Positions 1 through 9,921 of a stretch of 64,000 nucleotides of DNA are shown here, one piece after another (the stretch's first letter is position 1; the number at the start of each line of letters is the position of its first letter). The translations under genes were made by a program, and so were the position numbers. The notes beneath the pieces are model-generated. The model had not been told where the DNA came from and did not search any database. It saw only the letters and a program-made list of their open reading frames with translations. The DNA is from an uncultured Actinomycetes bacterium (GTDB taxonomy: Bacteria; Actinomycetota; Acidimicrobiia; IMCC26256; PALSA-610): NCBI GenBank assembly GCA_963781425.1, contig CAWAGX010000020.1, positions 474,387 to 538,386 on the forward strand. The letters are read 5' to 3'.

Positions 1-1
1 C

Positions 2-415
2 GTCAGCCTCGTCACGCTGTCGTACATCACCAACGGCACGAACCAGCGCAGACTGCTGGAGCAAGCCCGGAACCGTGAGTACGCGGCCGACGGCGCGATC
101 GAGAGCGCGATCGCGCAGGTGCGCAACCTTCCTGCGCCGGGACCGGCGGTCACGCCGTGCCCCACGTACAACACCAGTGCGCCGATCAACGGCTTCGACA
201 TTCGCGTCGACTGCCAGAACGCACCGGCGTTGACCACGGGCGGCCTCCTCCAGCGCAACGTCATCTTCACCGCGTGCGAGAGACCGAGTGGGAACGCGCG
301 CTGCGCTGATGGCAGCGCAGTCATACGCGCGCAGGTGAACTTCCAAACCACCGTGCATCCGAACCGGGTCGAGGTGACGCGCACCTGGGTGCAATCGTGG
401 AGCGTGAATCGATGA
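2..415 (+). CDS. pilus-associated protein, C-terminal part (possible minor pilin; 5' end outside window)
   Basis: Frame of ORF 119..415 is open back to the window edge. Its TGA (413-415) overlaps the ATG at 412 of the downstream prepilin gene (ATGA). No family motif recognised; assignment is by context only. Confidence 0.35.
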   Translation, partial: VSLVTLSYITNGTNQRRLLEQARNREYAADGAIESAIAQVRNLPAPGPAVTPCPTYNTSAPINGFDIRVDCQNAPALTTGGLLQRNVIFTACERPSGNARCADGSAVIRAQVNFQTTVHPNRVEVTRTWVQSWSVNR

Positions 416-3400
416 GGCGCGCCCGTCGGTGGCTCTCGCTCGAACCACGCCGGTCGGAACAAGGCGTGACGTTCGTCGAGCTGATCATCAGCGTCGTGCT
501 CCTGTCGATGGTCACCGGCGGCCTCGCGTCCGCATTCGTCACGTCACTCAACGGCTCCGGACCCTCGCAGGCGCGGGTCCGCGAAGCGAACGATGCGCAG
601 ATCATCGCCGCCTTCCTCGTCCGCGATGCGCAGGCCGCCGGCGGCAGCAACCCCGGGACCGGTGACCGCGACCCGACGCTCGGCGTGTCGACCACGACCA
701 ACTTCGGATGCGGAACCGGCCAGCCGGCGCTCGGCTTCAAGTGGACGGACCGCGTCTCTCCGTCCGTCAAGCGCACGCACGTCGCGAACTACTTCCTCGA
801 CACTCCACACCAGCTCGTGCGGACGACGTGTGTCGACGGCGGGGACCCTTTCACGCAGAGCTTGGCGGCAAATATCGACACCGTCACCGCCAACTGCACG
901 CCCGGCTGCTCGAGTTCGCAGAGCCCGAGTCTGCCGAAGACGGTCTCGCTGACCGTGAGATCGACGCGCGGCACGGTGGTGGGCACGCCGAGTCCCTACG
1001 AGTACACGCTGACCGCAAGTGTCCGCCCCGAAGGCCAGACGCCCCCCACTGACGACACCGCGCAGGCCTTTCCGCTGGTGGCGCTCGGCACGAACGGACG
1101 CTGCGCGGGCGGTGCGGCGCTGAGCGTCGAAGCCAACGCGACGGTACGCACGTACGGCAACGTCGTCGTGAATGCCGCCAACGCGACCGACGGCAGCTGC
1201 TTTGCCATGCAAGTGGAGTCCGCCAGCTACCAGCCGCACCAGACGTGGATATACAAACTCGGCTCGTGCCATTCGGACTCTGGTCAATGCCCGCGTCTCC
1301 AACCGCCCAACCAATACGTCGTGAGGTACGACACGCCGTTCCCGGACCCCTACGCGGAGACCACATCTCCCGGCGCGTGTGACTCGGGCACCGACCCCCT
1401 ACGCAATGGGTCACGTTACGGTCACGGCGTCTATCACCACCCGGTGACGATCTCGAGCGACGCGACGTTCGAAAATGGCGTCAGCATGTTCTGCAAGGGC
1501 CTGACCGTGTCCGGCACCGCCCACATCGAAAGCAGCACTCCCAACGAACCCAACGTGACGTGGTACGCGCCCGACGCCCAGATCGACATCGGTGGTCACA
1601 CGGCCGTGAACGTCAAGTCGATCGTCGCCCGGACGATGGCGTTCAACGACGATGCGCTCGTCGGAATCGGCACGCCGCCACCCGAACCGCTCACGATCAC
1701 GGAACCCACCGGAAACACACTGCCGAACTGGACGGTGAACGTTCCGTATCCGAGCGGAGTCAGGATGCAAGCGACGGGGGGCGTCGACCCCCACGCCTGG
1801 AGAGCGACAGGGCTGCCGCGGGGTCTCACGATCGATGCGGACACGGGCACGATCTCGGGGACACCGACGCAGGTGTGCGGCTGTGTCACCAAGATCGAGC
1901 GCGTACGACTCGCTCGGAGACGTCAAAACCAACACCTACGGGCTCACGATCAACGACGTCCCGAAGATCGATCCGACGATCACGCTGCCGGACTGGACGA
2001 GGAACCGCGACTATCCGGGCACGGTGATGACCGCACGAGGCGGCACCACGCCGTACACCTGGTCGGCCACCGGTCTTCCGTCCGGCTTGTCGATCGACGC
2101 CGACACCGGAGTGATCACCGGTACACCGACGACCACCGGTGTCTCCACGGTGGTCGTCAAGATGGTGGACAAGGCCGGTGTGTCGAATTCCAGGACATAC
2201 AACAACCTCACGATCAACGACCCGCCCGAGATCAGGGGGCCGGCCGGGCTGCCCCGATGGACTGTGACTGTGCCGTACCCGAGCCAGACCATGATCGCGG
2301 CGAAGGGCACGCTCCCTTACGAGTGGACCGCGAGTGGTCTCCCCTCCGGCCTCTCGATCGACGAGGCCTCCGGGGTGATCTCGGGCACCACCTTCGCGGA
2401 CGGCGATTTCACCGTGAAAGTGACGCTCGTCGACGCTGCGGGCGCCGCCGTGACGGCGCAATACATGCTGACGATCGACCGGCTGCCGAACATCCTCACT
2501 ACTGACCTTCCGAACTGGGTGCAGGACGCGCCCCGGCAATACGACTTCACATTGCAAGCCGGTGGCCGTCCGCGGAATTGGACGTGGACCGCAGTCGGGC
2601 TCCCGCCGGGCCTCTCACTCGACAGACGCAGCGGCCGCATCACCGGTGTACCGACGACTGCCGGACCATGGGCGCCGGTGATCACGTTGCAGGACGGCAC
2701 GGGCGCGAGCACGAGCAGGTCGTATGAGCTGACGATCAACTCGCCGCCGTCGATCCCGGCACCGAACAACCTCGCGGAATGGACCGTCAACCGCGACTAT
2801 CCGGGGACTCAGATCGTCGTGAAGGACGGCCTCTCGCCGTTCACCTGGCAGGCTACGGGCCTGCCGGCAGGTCTCTCGATCAACGGCCGAGGCGTGATCA
2901 CCGGCACGCCGTCGGTCTCGGGCACGTTCAGTGTGACCGTGACCGTCACGGACGCGACGGGCTCGACCGCGAACCGCACCTTCTCGTTGGTGATCAACCC
3001 CGCGCCGGCGATCACCACCGCGTCCCTCCCCGACGCGGAGCAAGGCGTGGGGTACACCACGACCGTGCGCGTCGGGAACGGCACGCCGCCGTTCACGTGG
3101 TCGGGCAGCGGACTTCCCGCCGGGCTCGACATCGACCCCGCGACCGGGGTGCTCGCGGGCACGCCGACGGTCTCGGGCACCTTCGAAGTGACGATCACCG
3201 CAGTCGACAAAGCAGGTGCCGCCGCGTCGAGCATCATGACGCTGACGATCGCGCCACCTCCGTCGGTCGGTAGCGATCCGCTGCCCGACTGGACGGTCAA
3301 CCGCCCCTACCCGAACACGACGCTGACCGCGTCGGGTGGTACCGCGCCGTTCACCTGGTCCGCGACCGGGCTGCCCCTCGGGTTGTCGATGGACGCAGCG

Positions 3401-4309
3401 ACCGGCACCGTGTCGGGCACACCGCGCCTGGCCGGCCCGAGCGTGGTGACGGTGAGGGTCACCGACTCCCGCGGCGCGGTGGCGACGCAGAACCTCACGG
3501 TCACGATCAATGGGCCGCCCGCGATCACGACGCTTGCGTTGCCGCCGGGCCAGGTCGGCGACCCGTACAGCGCAACCATGAATGCGTCCGGCGGCACGGC
3601 GCCGATCCAGTGGTCCGCGACTGGTCTGCCACCCGGCCTCGACATCGACGCGGGCAGCGGCGAGATCGCGGGCACGCCGACGGCCGCGGGGCCATCGACG
3701 ATCACGGTGACCGCGACCGACGCCGCGGGTGCGAACACCTTCCTCCCGCTCGCACTCATCATCACGCCGGGCGCACTGGTGAGCTCGACCAATCCGGGCT
3801 CGCTCGGGCAGGGTGCGACCAACCGCGTCGTCAGCGTGAACGGGAGCGGCTTCGTGAACGGCGGTGCCCTCTCGGTCGTCTTCTCGGGCGGCGGGGTCGC
3901 GGTGAACTCGACGACGTTCGTCAGCAGCACGCAGGTGGACGTCAACGTCAGCGTGGGTCAGGGCGCGACGCCGGGCGCGCGCGATGTCGTCCTCACGAAC
4001 GGCAACGGCAATACCGCGACCGGCTCCGGGGTCTTCACGGTCAATCCCGCGCCGACGGTGAGCGTGGCGTCATCCGCGTCAGCGAACACGCCCGGTGCGT
4101 CGGTGACGATCAGCGGAGGCGGCTTCGCGCCCGGTGCGACCGTGGCGTTCGGGGGAGCCGGCGCGCCGGCGGTCACGAGCGCGGTGGTGAACGACCCCAC
4201 GGCGATCACCGTCACGATCAATACGAACGGCGCCGGCACCTACGACGTCGTCGTCACGAATTCCGACGGCGGCGTTGGCACCCTCCCCGGAGGGCTCATC
4301 GTCACGTAG
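412..4309 (+). CDS. giant modular prepilin-type protein (class III signal, large N-domain, 8 He_PIG-like Ig repeats, 2 IPT/TIG-like domains); one frame change near 1894
   Basis: N-terminus MRRARRWLSLEPRRSEQG|VTFVELIISVVLLSMV is a prepilin cleavage/methylation motif with Glu at +5. ORF 397..2505 makes sense up to ...GTISGTPTQVCGCVTK (~1893). ORF 1835..4309 continues the same repeat unit (SSAYDSLGDVKTNTYGLTIND). Confidence 0.8.
1675..3768 (+). repeat. eight tandem protein-level repeats of ~85-90 aa (He_PIG / dystroglycan-type cadherin-like Ig) inside the giant pilin
   Basis: Recurring LP(D/N)WTVN..YP ... GG..P(F/Y)TWSATGLP.GLS(I/L)D...G.I.GTPT..G...V.V.V.D..G.......L.I. Counted 8 units in the translations. 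Nucleotide copies are diverged. Confidence 0.75.
3769..4306 (+). repeat. two IPT/TIG-like beta-sandwich modules at the C-terminus of the giant pilin
   Basis: SSTNPGSLGQGATNRVVSVNGSGF...VFTVNPAP and ANTPGASVTISGGGFAPGATVAFGG...YDVVVTNSDGG...GGLIVT. Confidence 0.55.
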
Positions 4310-5379
4310 CGGCGAGTGGTGACGAGCGCGTCGCCTCGACCTCGTGCGGAACGAAGGCGGCCGACGTCGCGGTCTCCTGGGTGATCATCCCGGCGGCGAC
4401 GAGTTGGTTCAACGACATCTCGAGCGTCTGGTGTCCCGCCGCCAGCCCCATCTGCATCGCGTTGCGGAGGTGACGGGTCTTGCCCTCCCGGATGAGATTG
4501 CTCACCGCGGACGTTGCGACGAGCACCTCGTAGGCCGCCACCCGGCCGCCGCCGATGCGCGGCACCAGCCGCTGCGCGACGATCGCCGCCAGCGTGCTGG
4601 CGAGCTGCAGGCGGATCTGCGCTTGGCGTTCGCCCGGGAACACGTCGACGATCCGATCGAGCGCTTGCGGCGCGTCGTTGGTGTGCAGGGACGAGAGCAC
4701 GAGATGACCCGTCTCGGCCAGCGTCAGCGTGATCGCGATGCTCTCGATGTCGCGCATCTCGCCGACGAGCACGACGTCGGGGTCCTCGCGCAGGGCCGCG
4801 CGCAGTGCCCGTTCGAACGACTGCGTGTCGATGCCCACCTCGCGCTGGTGGACGACGGACAGCTTGTTCGTATGGAGGAACTCGATCGGGATCTTCGATC
4901 GTGATGATGTGACACGGCCGCGTCTGGTTGACCGCTTCGATCAGCGACGCCATGCTCGTCGTCTTCCCGGACCCGGTCGGGCCCGTGAACAGCACGAGCC
5001 CCTGCCGCAGGTTCGCAAGCTCACGAACCGGCATCGGAAGACCGAGCTCGTCGAAGGTCGGGATGTCACTGTGCAGCAGCCGGAGCGCGATGGCCGGACG
5101 ACCACGCTCGAAGAACGCGTTGACGCGGAACCGTGCGTCCGTGAAGGAGAACGCGAAGTCGAGATCGCGGTCGGCGTCGAGTTGCCGGCGCTGCTCTTGG
5201 TCGAGCACCGCGCTCAGCGACTCGTCCATCATCGTCTCGTCGATCACGGGGAGGTCGGTGGCGGGACGCATTGCACCGTCGACGCGCAGCAACGGGTGAG
5301 ATCCGATGGTCAGGATCAAGTCGGTGCCGTTCCTCTCGATGACCGCTCGGAGGGCGGCCTCGAACGAAGTGGTCACCAC
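4302..5379 (-). CDS. pilT: type IV pilus twitching-motility ATPase PilT; frame change at GGG 4888-4890
   Basis: Walker A GPTGSGKTT. HIITIEDP is followed out of frame by (I)EFLHTNKLSVVHQREVGIDTQSF..VLVGEMRD..TGHLVLSSLHTN (ORF 4302..4838). Removing one base of the run restores DPIEFLH. Start taken at GTG 5379/5376. Confidence 0.85.
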
Positions 5380-5432
5380 GCAGGCAACATTAATCGGCTC
5401 ATGTCGACCCGGCGCCGCCCGATGGAAGGACT

Positions 5433-5843
5433 GTGCGAGCCCTGCGCGCGGTATCGGCAGTGGGTGTCGTGGTCGCCGTGGATCAGGTGGCGAAGGCGAC
5501 CGCCGCACGCGCCACGACCCCCGCGTCCAACCCCGACCTCGCGTTCGGCGTCGCCCACGGGTCGCCGGCCGTCCTCGTTGCGGCCTCGATCCTCGTGCTC
5601 GGTGTGTTCCTCGCGGTCGTCGGCCGCCTGGCGGTGCAGGCCGGCATCTCGCCGCTGCTTCCGGCGCTGATCGCGGGCGGCATGCTCGGCAACGTGGTCG
5701 ATCGGGCCCGGTTCGGCGCGGTCCGGGACTTCATCCCGACGCCGTTCGCGATCATCAACGTCGCCGACGTTGCCATCATCGTCGGGGTCGTGGCGCTCGG
5801 CGTCGGTCTCGTCTTCCGCGTCCGGCAGCTGCGGGTGCCGTGA
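5433..5843 (+). CDS. lspA: lipoprotein signal peptidase (signal peptidase II)
   Basis: ORF 5433..5843 has four hydrophobic segments. NPDLAFGV, GGMLGNVVDR and FAIINVADVAI match LspA conserved blocks. Confidence 0.75.
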   Translation: MRALRAVSAVGVVVAVDQVAKATAARATTPASNPDLAFGVAHGSPAVLVAASILVLGVFLAVVGRLAVQAGISPLLPALIAGGMLGNVVDRARFGAVRDFIPTPFAIINVADVAIIVGVVALGVGLVFRVRQLRVP

Positions 5844-5844
5844 T

Positions 5845-7326
5845 TCAGCGGCACACCTTGGAAAGGAACGGAATCAAGTTCTCGACGAACGTCGTTGTTC
5901 GGGCTCGCCGCGTTCGGATCGTTGTGGGAGTAGGTGGCGGCCCGGTTGACGAGCGTCAGGTTCCGTGCAGGGTATTCCCGACTGCGCCGCGAGCACGCGA
6001 GCAGCGTCCAAGACACCCTCGCCACCCAGTGCCGCACCGAACGCGTAGATCTTCGTGCGCTTCTTCAGGTCGTCGCCGTGGATGGCGCGCACATCGAGCA
6101 CACCTTGCGCCGGGATTGGCGTTCCCGGCTGCGACTGCGCCGGCATCGATCGTGAGTCGCGTCGGGTGATACCACGCGCTGCCGTCGATACCTATGAGCC
6201 CCGTGCCCGAGAGCATGCGGGCATAGCGCTGGATCGGCGTGATGTCACCGGCCCGGGTCCAGCCACGCGGATCACCGCTCGTCGGCAAGGTGGCCCGCAT
6301 GCACTTGCGCCGCGAGCAGGTTCGGGGGTGACGTGTCGGTGTCGACCGCGTAGCCGAACTCCGCCTCGTTCGTCGCCGGGACCGGCGCCTTGATGTTGGC
6401 GGGGAGCAATGCGAATTCCTGACCGATGGACCGTCCGTTCGGGTCGACGACCGCCAGCGTCGAGCCACCGGACGAGTAGAGCCCGAGGAACGGCGTCGGG
6501 ATCCCGCCGAAGGAGAGCCAGGGCGAGCTCGTCTGGAGGCTTTGCAGGGCGGCCGTCGCCTGCGTCGCGCGTGGTCGGCGTCGGGTCGCTCCCGCCGTCG
6601 ATGTAGACCAGGCCGGCAAGATCCTTGGCGCCGGCCTTCCCGTGGAAGTCCCACGTGGCGTACACGGTGGTGATCGATCCGCCGAGCGAGTGGCCGCCCA
6701 TGACGACGCGCCGGCCGTGCGCGCGTGCCGCCTTCACGACGCGGTGCAGGTCCTCGATCTCGACATGCAAGCCCCACCCGCGCGAACGCGACGTCCGTGT
6801 CGGGAATCAGCTGGATGTGGTGCGTGATGGCGGGATTCGTGAGCCAGTTGAGGTAGTAGTCGAACGATTGCCGAGGCGTCACCGTGCCCCGCTTGAGCCC
6901 GTTGAGCACGGAGTGATCCTCGAGCTGGTTCTCACGGCGCTCGACCGACCAGACCTGCCACCGGCCGTGGGTCGCGCGGACGATGTCCTTGGCCAGTGGC
7001 GCGAAGTACGCCGATCCGGCTGACGTTCCCGGATTCAGGATCAAGATGTTGCGTGCTCTCTTGTGCCCGATCTTCAACACCCCGACGCGGTCGAGCCTGT
7101 TCGGAGTGGCGGGATCGTCGTAGCCCTCGAGCCACGTGAATCGCACCGGGACCCTGCCGTGGAAGTGCGAGTGCCTGGTCGCGACGTGGTCGGTCGACGG
7201 TCGCGATCGGTTCGCGACTGCCGGCGAAGCCGGCACCAGCAGCGACAGCACAATGGCAACTGCCGCGGCTCCGACGAGTCCACGCGACCTGCGACGACGT
7301 GTGAAAGCGCTCACTCGAACCCCCAA
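5845..7326 (-). pseudogene. secreted alpha/beta-hydrolase (lipase/esterase-like), at least 6 frame changes
   Basis: Signal-like RRRRSRGLVGAAAVAIVLSLLVPASPAVA and nucleophile elbow GGHSLGG. Sense sequence hops between ORFs 5956..7326, 6192..6770, 6272..6619, 5874..6146, 5483..6037 and a final frame ending NNDFVENLIPFLSKVCR* at TGA (5845-5847). Confidence 0.7.
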
Positions 7327-7354
7327 GACAGTCCTCGTTGCAACATAGCCTCGA

Positions 7355-7732
7355 GTGATGCCGGTGGACGAGGAGATCGCACGCGCGCACGCGGCCGCGG
7401 TTGCGGCGGGCGAACCTGGCTATATCGACCCCGAGACCGGCATGTTCGTGTTCACTTCGGCAGCACTCGCGGCGAAGGGCACGTGCTGTGCCAGCGGGTG
7501 CCGGCACTGTCCGTTCCGCGCGACGGCATCCGCAGCCGACGCGATCCGCAATGCCCACGCGTGGTTCGAGGTCAACAGCGGGTGGGCGCCGCCGGACCCC
7601 GACACGCTCGTCGAATGGGTCGCCGACGGTATGTGTCGCTGTCCCGACGATTGCATCGTCGCGCCCGACGCCTGGTGCGCGCACGGCCTGGCGTCGTGGT
7701 GGCTGATCATGGACGCCCTCAACGAGGGCTGA
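7355..7732 (+). CDS. Cys-rich protein with DUF5522-like motif
   Basis: GYIDPETGMFVFTSAALAAKGTCCASGCRHCPF, followed by a second Cys-rich half (CRCPDDC...C). Confidence 0.6.
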   Translation: MMPVDEEIARAHAAAVAAGEPGYIDPETGMFVFTSAALAAKGTCCASGCRHCPFRATASAADAIRNAHAWFEVNSGWAPPDPDTLVEWVADGMCRCPDDCIVAPDAWCAHGLASWWLIMDALNEG

Positions 7733-8354
7733 CGAGCTTCGGAAGATCGCGCACGAGCTCACCGCACAGCACGTCGAGTGCGCGGTGGCCGTTCGCGAAG
7801 TACCGGCGCCCGACGCGCACGCCGCGCTGCGGCTCCACATGGAGCTTGGTCCATGCATCGAGACGGGGCCAGAGCAGCAACTCGATCGGGATCCATCGAG
7901 TGTGCGACGGATTGCGCAGCCGGCCGCGGATGCGCCAGACCCCGGCGGGGCCGCGACGCGGCGACTCGAGCACGAGACGACCCGCGATCTCGACGCGATC
8001 GTCGCGAGCCCGGCGCCGCCACCACTCGCCGAGCGATTCGAGGCCGTGCGCAGACAACGGGATCATCCGACTGAAGCCGGAAAGGAAGCTCGCAGCGCGT
8101 GGAGGCGCGTCGAGCGCGCCACGCGCGTCGTTCGACCACGGGGGTTGCGTCAACACGAACGGCGCCTCGGCGATCGTGGCGCGCAACGCATCGGCGACCT
8201 CGTGGGCATTCGGCATCGCGTACGGGTCCTCGACGCCTGCAACAGGGACCGGCGCGACCTCGACGCCGTCGACGTAGACAGGGAGCGCTTCGAGGCTCTC
8301 TGCGTCGTCCCGACGACCCATGCCACGATCATCGCCCTTGCCGCCTTCCCGCAC
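7719..8354 (-). CDS. hypothetical protein (last gene of the ACAD-like/MT/LLM operon)
   Basis: Single long ORF, co-oriented with and 7 nt downstream of the LLM gene. No motif recognised. Start uncertain (8354 or ATG 8321). Confidence 0.45.
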   Translation of the reverse strand: MREGGKGDDRGMGRRDDAESLEALPVYVDGVEVAPVPVAGVEDPYAMPNAHEVADALRATIAEAPFVLTQPPWSNDARGALDAPPRAASFLSGFSRMIPLSAHGLESLGEWWRRRARDDRVEIAGRLVLESPRRGPAGVWRIRGRLRNPSHTRWIPIELLLWPRLDAWTKLHVEPQRGVRVGRRYFANGHRALDVLCGELVRDLPKLVSPR

Positions 8355-8360
8355 CAGCCC

Positions 8361-9200
8361 CTAAAGCCCGGCGACGGCCGCTTTTGACGATTCGATGGAC
8401 TCGGCGACGCCGTCCTCACTCGCGGGCGGGAACACCACCAGGCGGTGCACGCCCAGCGCCGCGAACGCCGCCGCCTTCGCCTCGTCGAGCCGCCCACGCG
8501 GCGTCACCGTGATCTCGAGCTCGCCGAGTGGGTCCGGCCTCGAGACCTCCGACGCCGCCGTGCGCAATCCGGCCAGACTCGCCGCGGCGTCCTCCGGCCT
8601 GAGCGCGAAGCCGTACCACCCGTGTGCGCGTGCCACCGCCCGCTCGTACGCGCGCCGCGTGTGCCCGCCGACGACGATCGGGATCGGACGCTGCACCGGC
8701 CGCGGATACGCGTCCACACCCGCGAAGTCGACGAAGCGGCCGTGGAACTCCGGGTGCTCGTCGTACCAGAGGTGCTCCATCGCGTCGAGATGCTCGTCGG
8801 TGACCGCGCCACGGTGCGCGAAGTCGGCACCGATCGCGCGGAACTCGGGTTCGAGATATCCCACACCGATGCCGAGCACGGCCCGACCGCCGCTCAGGAC
8901 GTCGAGGCTCGCGACCTGTTTGGCGAGGACGATCGGGTTGCGTTGCGGGAGGATGACGATGCCGGTCGCAAGCCTGATCGTCGACGTGTGCGCGGCCGCC
9001 CACGCGAGTGCGAGCAGCGAATCGAGCGCCGGGTCCTGGGGTGCCATCGGCGAGGGAGGCACCTGTGGATCGGGCAGCACGACATGCTCGCCGGCCCACA
9101 CCGAGTCGAAGCCCGCGTCCTGCGCGGCTCGCGCAGCGGTCACCAGTCCGTCGGGACTGCTCGACGTTCCCATGTTGATGCTGAACAGCCCGAGCTTCAC
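8361..9200 (-). CDS. luciferase-like monooxygenase (LLM) family oxidoreductase, F420- or flavin-dependent
   Basis: VKLGLFSINMG...GFDSVWAGEHVVLP...LDVLSGGRAVLGIGVGY. The GTG start at 9200 overlaps the stop of the upstream methyltransferase (GTGA). Confidence 0.85.
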   Translation of the reverse strand: MKLGLFSINMGTSSSPDGLVTAARAAQDAGFDSVWAGEHVVLPDPQVPPSPMAPQDPALDSLLALAWAAAHTSTIRLATGIVILPQRNPIVLAKQVASLDVLSGGRAVLGIGVGYLEPEFRAIGADFAHRGAVTDEHLDAMEHLWYDEHPEFHGRFVDFAGVDAYPRPVQRPIPIVVGGHTRRAYERAVARAHGWYGFALRPEDAAASLAGLRTAASEVSRPDPLGELEITVTPRGRLDEAKAAAFAALGVHRLVVFPPASEDGVAESIESSKAAVAGL

Positions 9201-9916
9201 GATTGCGATCCTCGCGCATCTCGCACCGACCAGACCCAGGCAAAGCTGATCGGAAGGTCGCGGTAATGCTCCCAACGTGGTTTGCGCGCGATCCACGAAT
9301 CGTCGACGAGGGCTTCGTGCAGCTCGCTGACCGCGAAGCCGGCCGCGAGCCCGGCTGCGACGTGATCACTCGCAAGATGAATGTGCGTCTCGATCGCGAT
9401 CGGTTCGCCGTCGCCGCGATCGAAGTGCGTCGGCACGCCGGTCGACATGATGAACAACGGGTGGTATCCGACCAGGACGAACGCGCCGTCTCGCGCGACG
9501 AGTCGCCGCGCCTCGTCGTACAGCGCGCCGAGCTCGGAGAGATGCTCGTCGACGAGCGCGCACACGACGAGGTCGTACGCGCCACCTTCGAGACCGGTCG
9601 ATCGCACGTCCGCTTCGACGAGTCGCTCGTGCAGAGCGCGGGTACGGGCGGCGTCCAGCATCTCGGGGGTGACGTCGACGCCGTCGATCCGCGCGATCCC
9701 CTTCGACCGCAGCCACGATGCGGTGCGGCCCGTGCCACATCCAAGGTCTGCGACGCGGTCGACCTTGCCCCATTCGATGCTCGTGACGCGCTCGAGCAAC
9801 GCGAGGTCCATGTCGTCCTCGACGGTGCCTTCGTAGGTGGGCAACCAGTCTCGATAGCCATCGCGCACGGAGACGGTCGGGTAGTGACGCTGGTCGAATC
9901 GCGCGAACTCCGGCAT
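9197..9916 (-). CDS. class I SAM-dependent methyltransferase
   Basis: Motif I VADLGCGTGR, post-I DGVDVTPEML, and DLVVCALVDEH. ATG at 9916. Confidence 0.85.
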   Translation of the reverse strand: MPEFARFDQRHYPTVSVRDGYRDWLPTYEGTVEDDMDLALLERVTSIEWGKVDRVADLGCGTGRTASWLRSKGIARIDGVDVTPEMLDAARTRALHERLVEADVRSTGLEGGAYDLVVCALVDEHLSELGALYDEARRLVARDGAFVLVGYHPLFIMSTGVPTHFDRGDGEPIAIETHIHLASDHVAAGLAAGFAVSELHEALVDDSWIARKPRWEHYRDLPISFAWVWSVRDARGSQS

Positions 9917-9921
9917 TGCGT

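Noticed and set aside
1675-3768. The periodic repeat structure inside the giant pilin, considered as a possible CRISPR array or DNA tandem repeat.
   Set aside because: The periodicity is ~260-270 nt and exists at the protein level (Ig-type modules). The nucleotide copies are diverged, and there are no short identical repeats separated by unique spacers.
4880-4895. Programmed ribosomal frameshifting as an explanation for the broken genes (pilT, cysA, ligD and others).
   Set aside because: There are far too many sites, in unrelated genes, with shifts in both directions. No slippery heptamer plus downstream structure is present at the junctions I examined. The junctions sit at plain mononucleotide runs.
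5380-5508. The N-terminal extension of pilT suggested by ORF 4240..5508 (MRRSPSPPDPRRPRHPLPIPRAG...).
   Set aside because: The extension is Pro/Arg-rich and would run through the divergent lspA promoter. The PilT-like sequence begins at (M)TTSFEAALRAVIERNGTDL, so GTG 5379/5376 was preferred.
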